A DNA stretch of 26,637 nucleotides from Chthoniobacterales bacterium (GTDB lineage: Bacteria > Verrucomicrobiota > Verrucomicrobiia > Chthoniobacterales > Chthoniobacteraceae): assembly GCA_038260125.1 (NCBI GenBank), contig JBBSOD010000001.1:1-26637 (forward strand), given 5' to 3'. The notes under the pieces were generated by a model. It saw only the letters and a program-made list of their open reading frames with translations. It did not search any database and was not told where the DNA came from. A program made the position numbers and the translations under genes. Positions 6,991 through 15,450 of this stretch are shown one piece after another (the stretch's first letter is position 1; every line of letters starts with the position of its first letter).

Positions 6991-7902
6991 TTAGAAATGC
7001 ACGAAAACCATCAGACCCAGAATCACCGGCAGATAAACGATCGACGAGAAAAAGAGCCTCCGGGCCGAAGCGCGGGAGCGGTCGGTCACGAAGCGGACTG
7101 CGTAGTAAAGCAGCAGTCCGTCGATGGCCAGCGCGATCCCGACATACACGAGGCCCGCCCACCCCAGAGCGAAAGGCATGAGCGTCACACCCGCCAGGGC
7201 CACCGCGTAAAGCAGCGATTTCCAGGCCGTGGCCGCGCCGTCGGTGTCGCGCACGTTCAGCATGTGGAAGCCCGCCTGCGCATACTCGTCGCGATACATC
7301 CAGGCGATGGCGAGAAAATGCGGAATCTGCCAAAGAAAGAGCACGCCGAAGAGAATCCACGCCCCCGCGCCCGTGGCCGGTCCGCCGGCGGCCGTCCAGC
7401 CGATAACCGGCGGAATCGCCCCCGAGACCGCGCCGACGGTCACACAGACCGGGCTGACCCGTTTCAGCGGAGTGTAAATCGCGAGATAGATCAGCAGCGT
7501 GGCTGCCGCCAGGAGCGTCGCGGTCGGATTCGTGGTGAAGGCCAGATAAGCCAGCCCCGCCACTCCGCACGCCGCGCCGAGAGCGATGGCCTGCTCCGAC
7601 CGCCAGCGCCCGGCCGGCAGCGGACGGGCCTTCGTCCGTTCCATCAGCCGGTCCACCCGCACCTCGATCGCCTGATTCAGGATGGCCGCCGCCGCCGCCA
7701 CCAGCGCCGTGCCCACCAGCGTGTGCAGCAGCCGCACCCAGTCCAGCGGGCCCGGCGACGCCAGGCAGAAGCCGACGAAAGTCGTAATCAGCATCAGGAG
7801 ATTAAGGCGCGCCTTGGTCAGAACCATCAGGTCAGCCATCATGCTGGCGTCATCCGTTTCCAGGAGGGGCTCCTCTACCGTGCGCGAGATTTCGCTTTTC
7901 AA
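6991..7902 (-). CDS. ctaB: Protoheme IX farnesyltransferase (heme O synthase)
   Basis: LTKARL, NQAIEVRVDRLMERTKARPLP, YTPLKR, GAIPPVIGW and WQIPHFLAIAWMYRDEY. TTG start overlaps the ctaA stop (TTGA); ATG 7842 is the alternative. Confidence 0.93.
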   Translation of the reverse strand: MKSEISRTVEEPLLETDDASMMADLMVLTKARLNLLMLITTFVGFCLASPGPLDWVRLLHTLVGTALVAAAAAILNQAIEVRVDRLMERTKARPLPAGRWRSEQAIALGAACGVAGLAYLAFTTNPTATLLAAATLLIYLAIYTPLKRVSPVCVTVGAVSGAIPPVIGWTAAGGPATGAGAWILFGVLFLWQIPHFLAIAWMYRDEYAQAGFHMLNVRDTDGAATAWKSLLYAVALAGVTLMPFALGWAGLVYVGIALAIDGLLLYYAVRFVTDRSRASARRLFFSSIVYLPVILGLMVFVHF

Positions 7903-8861
7903 GCAGCGCCCTCCGCTACGGAAGATTCGGGTCCATTCGCGAAACGCGCACGGTGGCTCCCGATCCCGTTCGCCGCCAGCGCCAGCCGCGTGCGAAGAGC
8001 GGCTGCTGTGGCCAGGATGAGAGCGCCGTTCACGACATGGAAGGTGGTCGGAACGGGCGCTTTTGCAAGCCAGATGACACTCGCCCCCAGCATGACCTGC
8101 AAGAGCACGAGACCAAGGAGCAGGCAGGCCGGGCGCAGCAGCCTCCCCTCCCCGCGGGTCGTGCGCACCGCGGCCACCGTGAGCGCGAAGATGGTCCCGA
8201 GAACGACCAGAGCGCCGATCCGGTGAGTGAAATGGATGATGACTGGAAACGTGTCCAGCGGTGGAATCCAACCTCCGAAGGATGTCGGGAAATCAGGGAT
8301 GATCAGCCCCGCTTTGAAGTGCCGCATGATCGCGCCGACGACAAGTTGAGCGTAAACCACCACGATGGCCAGCGACGCCAGACGGGTCAGGCCGGCACGC
8401 TCCCGGCCGGAGACATCCCGGCGCGGCGACAAGGCGGTCGCCAGCACCACCAGTCCGGCCAGGACGGCCTGCGCCAGACACCCGTGAAACACCGCCAGCG
8501 AGAGCGAGCGTTCCGTCACCCTCAGCCCGCCCAGCACGCCCTGCACGCTCACGCCAAGCAGGGCCGCGATCGCCAGCCAGCGCACCCAGCGACGGCTCTC
8601 CGTGCGCCATGTCCAGATGGTTAGTCCGATAATGAGCAGCCCGAGCGTCGAAGCGATCAGCCGGTGTCCGTGTTCCAGGCGGACATTCTCGATCTGCCAC
8701 CAGCCGGCGGGGTTGATGCTCCCGTAGGATAGCGGCCAGTCCGGCACGGCCATGCCGGCCTGTTTACTCGTGACCATCCCGCCCACGAAGATGAGTGCGA
8801 GGGTGAAAAGAACACAGAGCCAGGCAAAGCGCGCGAGCCAGACGGAGCGGGGCGGGTTCAT
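7899..8861 (-). CDS. ctaA: Heme A synthase (CtaA/Cox15), type without the N-terminal Cys pair
   Basis: GGMVTS..AGMAVPDWP, EHGHR, FHGCLAQ, HFTHR and FHVVNG; 8 TM segments. Confidence 0.92.
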   Translation of the reverse strand: MNPPRSVWLARFAWLCVLFTLALIFVGGMVTSKQAGMAVPDWPLSYGSINPAGWWQIENVRLEHGHRLIASTLGLLIIGLTIWTWRTESRRWVRWLAIAALLGVSVQGVLGGLRVTERSLSLAVFHGCLAQAVLAGLVVLATALSPRRDVSGRERAGLTRLASLAIVVVYAQLVVGAIMRHFKAGLIIPDFPTSFGGWIPPLDTFPVIIHFTHRIGALVVLGTIFALTVAAVRTTRGEGRLLRPACLLLGLVLLQVMLGASVIWLAKAPVPTTFHVVNGALILATAAALRTRLALAANGIGSHRARFANGPESSVAEGAA

Positions 8862-8891
8862 CGGAGTGCCTCCAAGATCGAATCAGAGTGG

Positions 8892-8972
8892 GATGATCGG
8901 CTGGAAGCCGACGCCACGACCGCGGCTGAGCACTTCTCTTTCCTTCGTGGCGTCGGCTTCCAGCCGATCATC
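8892..8972. repeat. Inverted pair of GTGG-type REP-like elements
   Basis: Perfect 28-bp inverted repeat (8892-8919 / 8945-8972) with a 25-bp spacer. Each arm is GTGG + CGTCGGC-TTCCA-GCCGATC. Confidence 0.85.
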
Positions 8973-9173
8973 ATCTTCTGAATAGATACCACGCCCGTCC
9001 TTGAAATTTCTTTCGTCCTCAAACTCCAGTTTGGGTGCGCAATGTCCGCGGAAATTCTGTTTCGCGGACGTAACCGCGTAACGGGAGGCACAGGCGAGGC
9101 GCTCTTTTTTTGGATGAGACGAAGACTTGCATCTCAGTCTGGACTAGCGGAGAAGTCCCCGCCGGGCCATCCA

Positions 9174-10139
9174 CTATTCCTCCCGCGCCGGGGCGGGCTC
9201 GCCAGCGGATTCTGCTCCTGCTCCGGGCTGCCGCGCGGAGGTCGCGGCGGCGTCTTCGTTAGCCGGAGGCAAAGGCTCCTTCACCTGCGCGGCGGCGGGT
9301 TGCTCAGAAGGCTCGAAAGTCGTGCCGCCCTGCGCGGCGGGCTGCCCGACATCCTGCGGCTCACCGGGCGAAGGTGCGGTCTGGCCCTGCGGGGCAGGTT
9401 TGGGAATCAGCGCCGCCATGTCCGTCTGCCACTTGCCGTAATCCTCCGCCGTGTCCACCGTCAGCAGGCCGCGCATAGCGTAATGCCCCAGTCCACACAA
9501 CTGCCCGCAGATAATTTCGTATTCGCCCGCTTTCGTCGGCGTAAACCACACCGGAATCATCTGCCCGGGAATCGCGTCCTGCCCCACCCTCATCGCCTGG
9601 ATGGAGACGTTATGAATCACGTCCTTGGCCATGATCTCCAGAATGACTGGCTTGTTCAGCGGGGTGTGCAGATCGTTCGTCACCACTAGATCGTCCGCCC
9701 CTTCCGGCGTGGAACGGTCGAGTCCGATCGCGTTCGAGGCATCGACGAGTTCGATCTTGCGCGGCCCGAATTTTTTGTCCGCGCCGGGGTAGTGAAAGAT
9801 GAAGTTGAACTGCTGCGCGATCACCCGCACGCGTTCCGCCTGCTCCACCGGAAACTCGTTCACCCGTTTCGCCCAGAGCGGAAAAGCGAACCCGATCAGC
9901 AGCACCGCTTCCACGATCACCACGCTCACTTCCAGGTGCGTCGTGATTTTCGTCTTCGCACCGTAGTAGTTCGCACGGGGATGGCGCGATTTGTGAAAAC
10001 GGAAGAGGACATAGACCAGAAAAATACTCCAGCCCATGAGCAGGATGAGCACTTTCCAGTGCACAAACTCCAGCATCTGATCGATGTGGATGCCGTGCTG
10101 AGAAGCATTGGGAATGAGGCCGAGAAGTCTGTTCAGCAT
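9174..10139 (-). CDS. coxB: Cytochrome c oxidase subunit II (CuA) with Pro/Ala/Gln-rich C-terminal tail
   Basis: Two TM helices, DVIH and CGQLCGLGHYAM CuA motif. Confidence 0.95.
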   Translation of the reverse strand: MLNRLLGLIPNASQHGIHIDQMLEFVHWKVLILLMGWSIFLVYVLFRFHKSRHPRANYYGAKTKITTHLEVSVVIVEAVLLIGFAFPLWAKRVNEFPVEQAERVRVIAQQFNFIFHYPGADKKFGPRKIELVDASNAIGLDRSTPEGADDLVVTNDLHTPLNKPVILEIMAKDVIHNVSIQAMRVGQDAIPGQMIPVWFTPTKAGEYEIICGQLCGLGHYAMRGLLTVDTAEDYGKWQTDMAALIPKPAPQGQTAPSPGEPQDVGQPAAQGGTTFEPSEQPAAAQVKEPLPPANEDAAATSARQPGAGAESAGEPAPAREE

Positions 10140-10154
10140 TTCTAAATATCGAGG

Positions 10155-10388
10155 CTAGGCGGAATCAGTGGGCGGCAGGCCGTTCGAATGGCGGCCGAGA
10201 TAGACCATAAAAACGACGATGCACGCGAGCACGACCCCGAGCACCGCCAGCAGGGCCAGGATGGCGTAACTGAGTGCCTTGGTGTCGGCGGAAGTGGGCG
10301 AGCCGAAGCAGACGGCGCAGGCCTGCGCGGAACCAGTCAGCCCCATCCAGAGCAGTGCAGTCAGCAGCAGAGTCCATCGCGCGCTCAT
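10155..10388 (-). CDS. Small exported membrane-anchored CxxC protein of unknown function
   Basis: Signal peptide ending SAQA, then CAVCFG, then one TM helix. ATGA-coupled to the upstream gene. Confidence 0.8.
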   Translation of the reverse strand: MSARWTLLLTALLWMGLTGSAQACAVCFGSPTSADTKALSYAILALLAVLGVVLACIVVFMVYLGRHSNGLPPTDSA

Positions 10389-10585
10389 AGCACTCCTTTT
10401 GTTTTCCGGATAAAAACCACTTCGTAAACCACCAGCGTCGCGGCCGCGACCAGCGAACCCAGCGCCGCGGCCAATGAAAAACCCGCCCCTGTCTCCAGAT
10501 AACTCAGCAGCGCACCCGTCGCGCAGCCCAGAATCATCAGGACCGCCACGGTGATGAAGAGAATATGGAAGGCTTTTAGCGACAT
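10385..10585 (-). CDS. Small two-TM membrane protein of unknown function
   Basis: MSLKAFHILFI...; two hydrophobic helices; tightly packed in the operon. Confidence 0.75.
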   Translation of the reverse strand: MSLKAFHILFITVAVLMILGCATGALLSYLETGAGFSLAAALGSLVAAATLVVYEVVFIRKTKGVL

Positions 10586-10588
10586 GGA

Positions 10589-10936
10589 TCAGTGCGGCAG
10601 GCGGATAGGATCCCAGTAGTGCAGCCAGGTCAGAAAAAACAGACCGCAGGCAAAGAAGACGGTGAACGCGAGCAGCACGTAGATCTGCCGCCGCTCGTGA
10701 TTCAGGTGCATGAAGATCAGCGCCACCAGCCCGGCTTTAACCGTGGCCACGATCATCGCGATCACGATGTTCGCCTGCATCGAGCCGAAGTCGAAATAGG
10801 ACAACGCCACCGTCACGCCCGTCAGCACGAGCAGCGCGCCGAAGACCAGCATGTAGGCGCGCACATGCACCGTGACGGCGGCGTGCTCGTTCTCGTGACC
10901 CGGCTGCGAGTGAGTCGATGGAGTGCTCATGCTCAT
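10589..10936 (-). CDS. ctaF: Cytochrome c oxidase subunit IV (CtaF/CyoD-like)
   Basis: YMLVFGALLVLTGVTV...IATVKAGLVALIFMHL; three TM helices. Confidence 0.9.
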   Translation of the reverse strand: MSMSTPSTHSQPGHENEHAAVTVHVRAYMLVFGALLVLTGVTVALSYFDFGSMQANIVIAMIVATVKAGLVALIFMHLNHERRQIYVLLAFTVFFACGLFFLTWLHYWDPIRLPH

Positions 10937-11875
10937 TTACAGAAGATAAAAGATGGGAAACACGAAAATCCAGACCAGATCGACGAAGTGCCAGAACAAG
11001 CCGGCCACTTCGAGGCGGTTGGCCAGGTGCTCGGGCTCTGCGTCATACATTTTGCGGCTGCGGAAAAAGAAATAAGTGAAGACCACGATGCCGCCGAAGA
11101 CGTGCAGGCCGTGCAGCCCGGTGATGGTGAAATAGGTCGCAAAATAGTTGCTGTGCTTCGGCAGGAAAGCGGTCGCCCAGAGCACATCCTTCGCCTCGAC
11201 ATGGGCCTGCTTTTCCGACGGCGGCTTGTGCCAGAAATGCGGGCGATCGTTCGCCGGATTGGTCGGGTCGGCGTTTTCCGTATCCAGATTAATATGATAG
11301 CCGAGAATCTGCACGCCCTTCTCCTGCGCCAGGTGCGACACCTCGGAAGGCGAATGAATCTCCACTTCCTCCTCCCGGCCGTCGCGCGAGATATCGACCG
11401 CGTGCAGGTGCCCGGTGATCTCGGTCCGCGGAGCGAGTCCCTTTTTGGCCAGATGTTCGTTGCCCAGATAGGGCTCGTATTTCAGACGGGCCTCCTCTTT
11501 CAGATAAATGCCGAAGTGATCGAACTTCTGCGGATATTCGTAGGCGAGCTTCACTACGAGGAAGATCAGGCCGCACACGATAGTCGCGCCCAGATACACG
11601 AGGTAGTGAGTGTAGCGGCGCATTTTGAGCGAGGCCCAGGCCATGACCACCGTGACCGACGAGAGAATCAGGATGGCGGTGTTCATCGTCCCGACCGGGA
11701 CATTCAGCAGCCCGTGCGGCCAGAAACCCGGCTCAGCCCCAAGCCGCAGGAAGACGTAGCCCGAGAACAGGCCGCCGAAGAGCATCACTTCCGAAGCCAG
11801 AAACAGCCAGATGCCGATCTTGGCGTTCCAAAGCTGCGTGTCCGGCCGCGGCGTTACGGTGTAAGGAATTTCCAT
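10937..11875 (-). CDS. coxC: Cytochrome c oxidase subunit III (short five-TM type) with a large loop insertion
   Basis: GIWLFLASEVMLFGGLF, NTAILILSS, TGLHGLHV and GLFWHFVDLVWIFVFP. Confidence 0.95.
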   Translation of the reverse strand: MEIPYTVTPRPDTQLWNAKIGIWLFLASEVMLFGGLFSGYVFLRLGAEPGFWPHGLLNVPVGTMNTAILILSSVTVVMAWASLKMRRYTHYLVYLGATIVCGLIFLVVKLAYEYPQKFDHFGIYLKEEARLKYEPYLGNEHLAKKGLAPRTEITGHLHAVDISRDGREEEVEIHSPSEVSHLAQEKGVQILGYHINLDTENADPTNPANDRPHFWHKPPSEKQAHVEAKDVLWATAFLPKHSNYFATYFTITGLHGLHVFGGIVVFTYFFFRSRKMYDAEPEHLANRLEVAGLFWHFVDLVWIFVFPIFYLL

Positions 11876-11887
11876 AGCAGTCTCTCG

Positions 11888-13777
11888 TCAGGCACGGGGC
11901 TGGGTTTCGGGCGAATCCACCATCGCCTGATCGACCAGATTCGGTCGCGCTTTTTCGGTGACGCCATCGCCTCGCAGCGTCTCCGTTTTCTCCGGTAGCG
12001 GCAGCCATTGCGGGCTGAAATCGGCCGCCACTTCGGGATGGCTGTACTCGTAAGGCCCGGTGTAAGCGGAAGGCTGGGTCGCGAAGTTGCCGTGCGGCGG
12101 CGGCGAAGGCGCGGCCCATTCGAGCGTGGTCGCGTCCCACGGATTGTCCGAGACCAGGCGGCCGAACTTGATGCTCAGGAAGAAATTCAGAATGAACGGG
12201 ATCTGGAAGAGCCCCAGAATGAAGGCTGACCAGAACATGAAAGGATTCCAGTGCAGCACATTCTGCGTGAGATCCCAGCCCGCGCCGCCGTCATACCAGC
12301 GGCGGTGCATGCCCGCCATGCCCTGCAGAAACATCGGAAAGAATATGCCGTTCATGCACGCGAAGGAGCCGAAGAAATGCACCCGCCCCCAGAACTGGTT
12401 CATGTTTCTCCCCACCGCCTTCGGGTACCAGTAATAAACGCCCGCGAAGATGGCGAAAATCGTCCCGGGCGCGACGATGTAGTGAAAATGCCCGATGACG
12501 TAGTAGGTGTCGTGCAGGTACAGACCGATCGAGTTGAAGGCCAGCGGAATGCCGGTCAGACCGCCCAAGCCGAACATGGGCAGGAAGCCCGTCGCGAAAA
12601 GCATCGGCACGGTGAACTTGATCGAGCCGCCCCAGAGAGACATCAGCAGCACAGTCACGATGACGACCGACGGCACGGAGATCAGGACCGTCGTCGTCTG
12701 GAAAAAGGTGCTCACCTTACTCCCCATCCCGGTCAGATACATATGATGCGCCCACACCACGAAGGAGAGAAACCCGATGCCCATCGTCGAATAGACCAGG
12801 CCCTTGTAGCTCCAGAGCGGCTTGCGCGTGCCGTTGGCGATCACGTCGCCCACGATGCCGAGGCCCGGCAGGATGAGCACATAGACCTCGGGATGCGCCA
12901 GGAACCAGAAAAGATGCTGCCAGAGCAGCGGACTGCCCCCGCCCGCCACCGCCCACGGCTGGCCGTTCACCACCAGACCCGACGGCATAAAGAAGCTCGT
13001 GCCCGCCACCCGGTCCATCAGCTGCATAAAGCTCGCGGCTTCCAGCGGCGGAAAGGCCAGCAGCAGCAGATACGCCGTGACCATCTGAGCCCAGACAAAA
13101 TACGGCATCCGCATCCAGCTCATGCCGGGCGCGCGGAGCTGGATGATCGTCGTAATGAAATTGACCGAGCCCAGCAGTGACGACGTGATGAGCATGACCA
13201 TGCCCAGGAGCCAGAACGTCTGACCGGTCATCCACATGTTCTCGTGCAGCCCGTTGACCGCTGCCAGCGGCGAATAGGATGTCCAGCCCGATTTGGCCGC
13301 CCCGCCCGGCACGAAGAAGCTGACCAGCATGATCACGCCGCCCACCGCAAAGGACCAGAAGCTGGCCATGTTGATCTTCGGGAACGCCATGTCCGGCGCG
13401 CCGATCTGGAGCGGCACCACGTAGTTGCCGAAGGCCGCGAAGGCCACCGGCACGATACCGAGAAACACCATGATCGTTCCGTGCATCGCGCCCAGCTCGT
13501 TGTAGAAATCCGAAGCCATCACGCCGTCCTTAAACGCCTCTTCGCCGAGCACGTTCTCCACTATTTTCCCGATGATCGGCAGCGGATCGCCCGGATAAGC
13601 GAGCTGCCAGCGCATCAGCATCATCAGCCCGAAGCCGAAGAGGAGAAAGGACAGGCCGGTGATGCCGTACTGGATCCCGATGACCTTGTGATCGGTCGAA
13701 AAAACGTATTTCTGCCACCACCCCAGTTCATGGTGATCGTGGTGTTCTTCGTGATGATGAGCGGAGGCGCTGTCCAT
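11888..13777 (-). CDS. coxA: Heme-copper oxygen reductase subunit I, A1 type
   Basis: DHKVIG, MHGTIM, GAPDMAFPKIN (D-channel), WFLAHPEVY, VWAHHM, GHFHY and GMHRR. Start at ATG 13777. Confidence 0.97.
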   Translation of the reverse strand: MDSASAHHHEEHHDHHELGWWQKYVFSTDHKVIGIQYGITGLSFLLFGFGLMMLMRWQLAYPGDPLPIIGKIVENVLGEEAFKDGVMASDFYNELGAMHGTIMVFLGIVPVAFAAFGNYVVPLQIGAPDMAFPKINMASFWSFAVGGVIMLVSFFVPGGAAKSGWTSYSPLAAVNGLHENMWMTGQTFWLLGMVMLITSSLLGSVNFITTIIQLRAPGMSWMRMPYFVWAQMVTAYLLLLAFPPLEAASFMQLMDRVAGTSFFMPSGLVVNGQPWAVAGGGSPLLWQHLFWFLAHPEVYVLILPGLGIVGDVIANGTRKPLWSYKGLVYSTMGIGFLSFVVWAHHMYLTGMGSKVSTFFQTTTVLISVPSVVIVTVLLMSLWGGSIKFTVPMLFATGFLPMFGLGGLTGIPLAFNSIGLYLHDTYYVIGHFHYIVAPGTIFAIFAGVYYWYPKAVGRNMNQFWGRVHFFGSFACMNGIFFPMFLQGMAGMHRRWYDGGAGWDLTQNVLHWNPFMFWSAFILGLFQIPFILNFFLSIKFGRLVSDNPWDATTLEWAAPSPPPHGNFATQPSAYTGPYEYSHPEVAADFSPQWLPLPEKTETLRGDGVTEKARPNLVDQAMVDSPETQPRA

Positions 13778-13909
13778 GCTGGTATAAGCGAATCTAATGT
13801 TTAGCACAGGCCCGGCGGTCGGACAACCGGACTTTGCTCAGAATTGAAAGGGACATTTGCCATTCGACTGTCCCAGTGAAAAAGGCGCGCGGGCCGCAGG
13901 CGGAATGAC

Positions 13910-14731
13910 TCACGAAGCCGCCCCCCCCTCGGCTGCGGGAGGAGCTTCTCCGGCGGGCGGAGCGCCGCCCGGCAGCGTATCGTTTTCGGGAATGGCGAGC
14001 AAATCTTCTTCCGTCATGGCTCCGGCATGTCCCTGCAACGCCGCGCGGGCCGCCGCCATCTGCTCGGGTGTGACCGGCGGGGCACTGTTCCCCCAGGCCT
14101 GTCGGATGTAGGTCAGGATGTGCGCGATCTTTTCGTCCGTCAGGGTAGGTCCCCAGGCCTGCATGACACCCGAATAGGCCTGCTTCTGGCCGTTGATCGT
14201 GATCGGCCCGGCGAGTCCATGCAAGAGGATCGAGGCCAGGCGCTTGTTGTTGCCGGTCACCCATTCGCTCCCCGCGAGCGGCGGATACTGCCCCGCCGCG
14301 CCTAGTCCGGTCGCCTGGTGACAGGTCGTGCAGTTCTGCTTGTAAAAGATCTCCCCGAGCTGCGGCGAAGTTTTTTCCGTCTGCTCCTCACCTTTCCCGG
14401 CGCCGTCTCCCGACGCGAAAAACATCCCCGGATCCCAGCGCCGCTCGCTGTAAACGTCGCTCCGGAAAGCGCCGCTGAAGAGCATGAGATAGCCGCCGGC
14501 CCAGAAGATGGCCGCGCCGCACAGAATGATCAGCCACAGCGGAAACGTGCCGAGCGATGCCTCCCCTTCGCGCCGCAGGGATGGCTCCGGCTTTTCGCGC
14601 TGGACCGCGTGCTGATGCGTGATGTCCTGGCCTTCGGTGTAATCCACCTCGCCGGTCATTTCCCCTTCGGGATACTTCTGCGGCGTCAGCTCGGGCGGAA
14701 CTTTCCCCGCTAGTTCGTCACGATTCTTCAT
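13910..14731 (-). CDS. Membrane-anchored class I monoheme cytochrome c
   Basis: One TM helix, CTTCH, YPPLAGSEWV and axial Met in GVMQAW. Confidence 0.92.
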   Translation of the reverse strand: MKNRDELAGKVPPELTPQKYPEGEMTGEVDYTEGQDITHQHAVQREKPEPSLRREGEASLGTFPLWLIILCGAAIFWAGGYLMLFSGAFRSDVYSERRWDPGMFFASGDGAGKGEEQTEKTSPQLGEIFYKQNCTTCHQATGLGAAGQYPPLAGSEWVTGNNKRLASILLHGLAGPITINGQKQAYSGVMQAWGPTLTDEKIAHILTYIRQAWGNSAPPVTPEQMAAARAALQGHAGAMTEEDLLAIPENDTLPGGAPPAGEAPPAAEGGAAS

Positions 14732-15450
14732 TGAGCGCCTTTCTCCGTGGAAGTTTCCTCCGCCGCCGGTGCCGCCGTCTCCGCGTCTCCGGCTCCGCTC
14801 GCCTCCGCGTCTTTCTTCTCCTCTTCCTTCGCTTCGGTCAGCGCCTCGGGCAACGGATGCGTGCGGTCGAGCGAAAGCAGATAGCCGACGAGCGCCCGCG
14901 CGTCATCCGTAGGCACGATCTCGTAGCTGGGCTGGCCGATTAGCACGCCCTTCATGATGGCGATCGCATCGTGCGAGACCGCGCCTGCAACCTTCCGCTT
15001 CTCGAAAAGAAAAGAGTAGGGCGGCATGATCGAGCCCGGCGACACACTGCGCGGGTTGTACAAATGCCGGTAGTGCCAGTGCGCGTCGTCGCGCCGTTTA
15101 CCGATGCTCGAGAGATCGGGGCCGAGGCGGTTCCACCCCGCCAGCATGGTGGTATCGTAAAGGTAATCGCGCGCCACGTTCTGCCTTGTGCCCCATTGCC
15201 GGACGATCCCGGTGTCAGCGTAGCCGGGCAGAAGCTGCTGGCTGTGGCAGTTCACGCACCCGTTCGCCACATACACGGCCCGGCCCTGCGCGACCACGCC
15301 GGAGCGATTCACCGGATAGACATCGCCCGTGTCCGCATCCACCTGCGGCTCCAGCGCATCGAGCTGGAGAAACGGAATCGCGACCATCACGATCCAGCCC
15401 AGCGTGAAGAGGGCGAACACCCCGCCGAGGACCGAGCCGAGCTTATTCAA
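14728..15450 (-). CDS. CcoO/FixO-like monoheme cytochrome c
   Basis: N-terminal TM, GRAVYVANGCVNCHSQQ, RLGPDLS, HLYNPR and SIMPPY (axial Met). Confidence 0.9.
   Translation of the reverse strand: MNKLGSVLGGVFALFTLGWIVMVAIPFLQLDALEPQVDADTGDVYPVNRSGVVAQGRAVYVANGCVNCHSQQLLPGYADTGIVRQWGTRQNVARDYLYDTTMLAGWNRLGPDLSSIGKRRDDAHWHYRHLYNPRSVSPGSIMPPYSFLFEKRKVAGAVSHDAIAIMKGVLIGQPSYEIVPTDDARALVGYLLSLDRTHPLPEALTEAKEEEKKDAEASGAGDAETAAPAAEETSTEKGAQ

Noticed and set aside
9470-9520. CuA motif CGQLC (Glu to Gln) as a novelty
   Set aside because: Gln at this backbone-ligand position is known, e.g. in Thermus ba3; the other CuA ligands are intact.
13735-13777. His-rich CoxA N-terminus as a special metal-binding module
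   Set aside because: Such extensions are common in subunit I proteins; nothing further supports a special role.
13778-13909. Internal terminator and promoter before coxA
   Set aside because: Only a 3-bp stem before the T-run and a poor -10 (TAAACA); plausible but unsupported.
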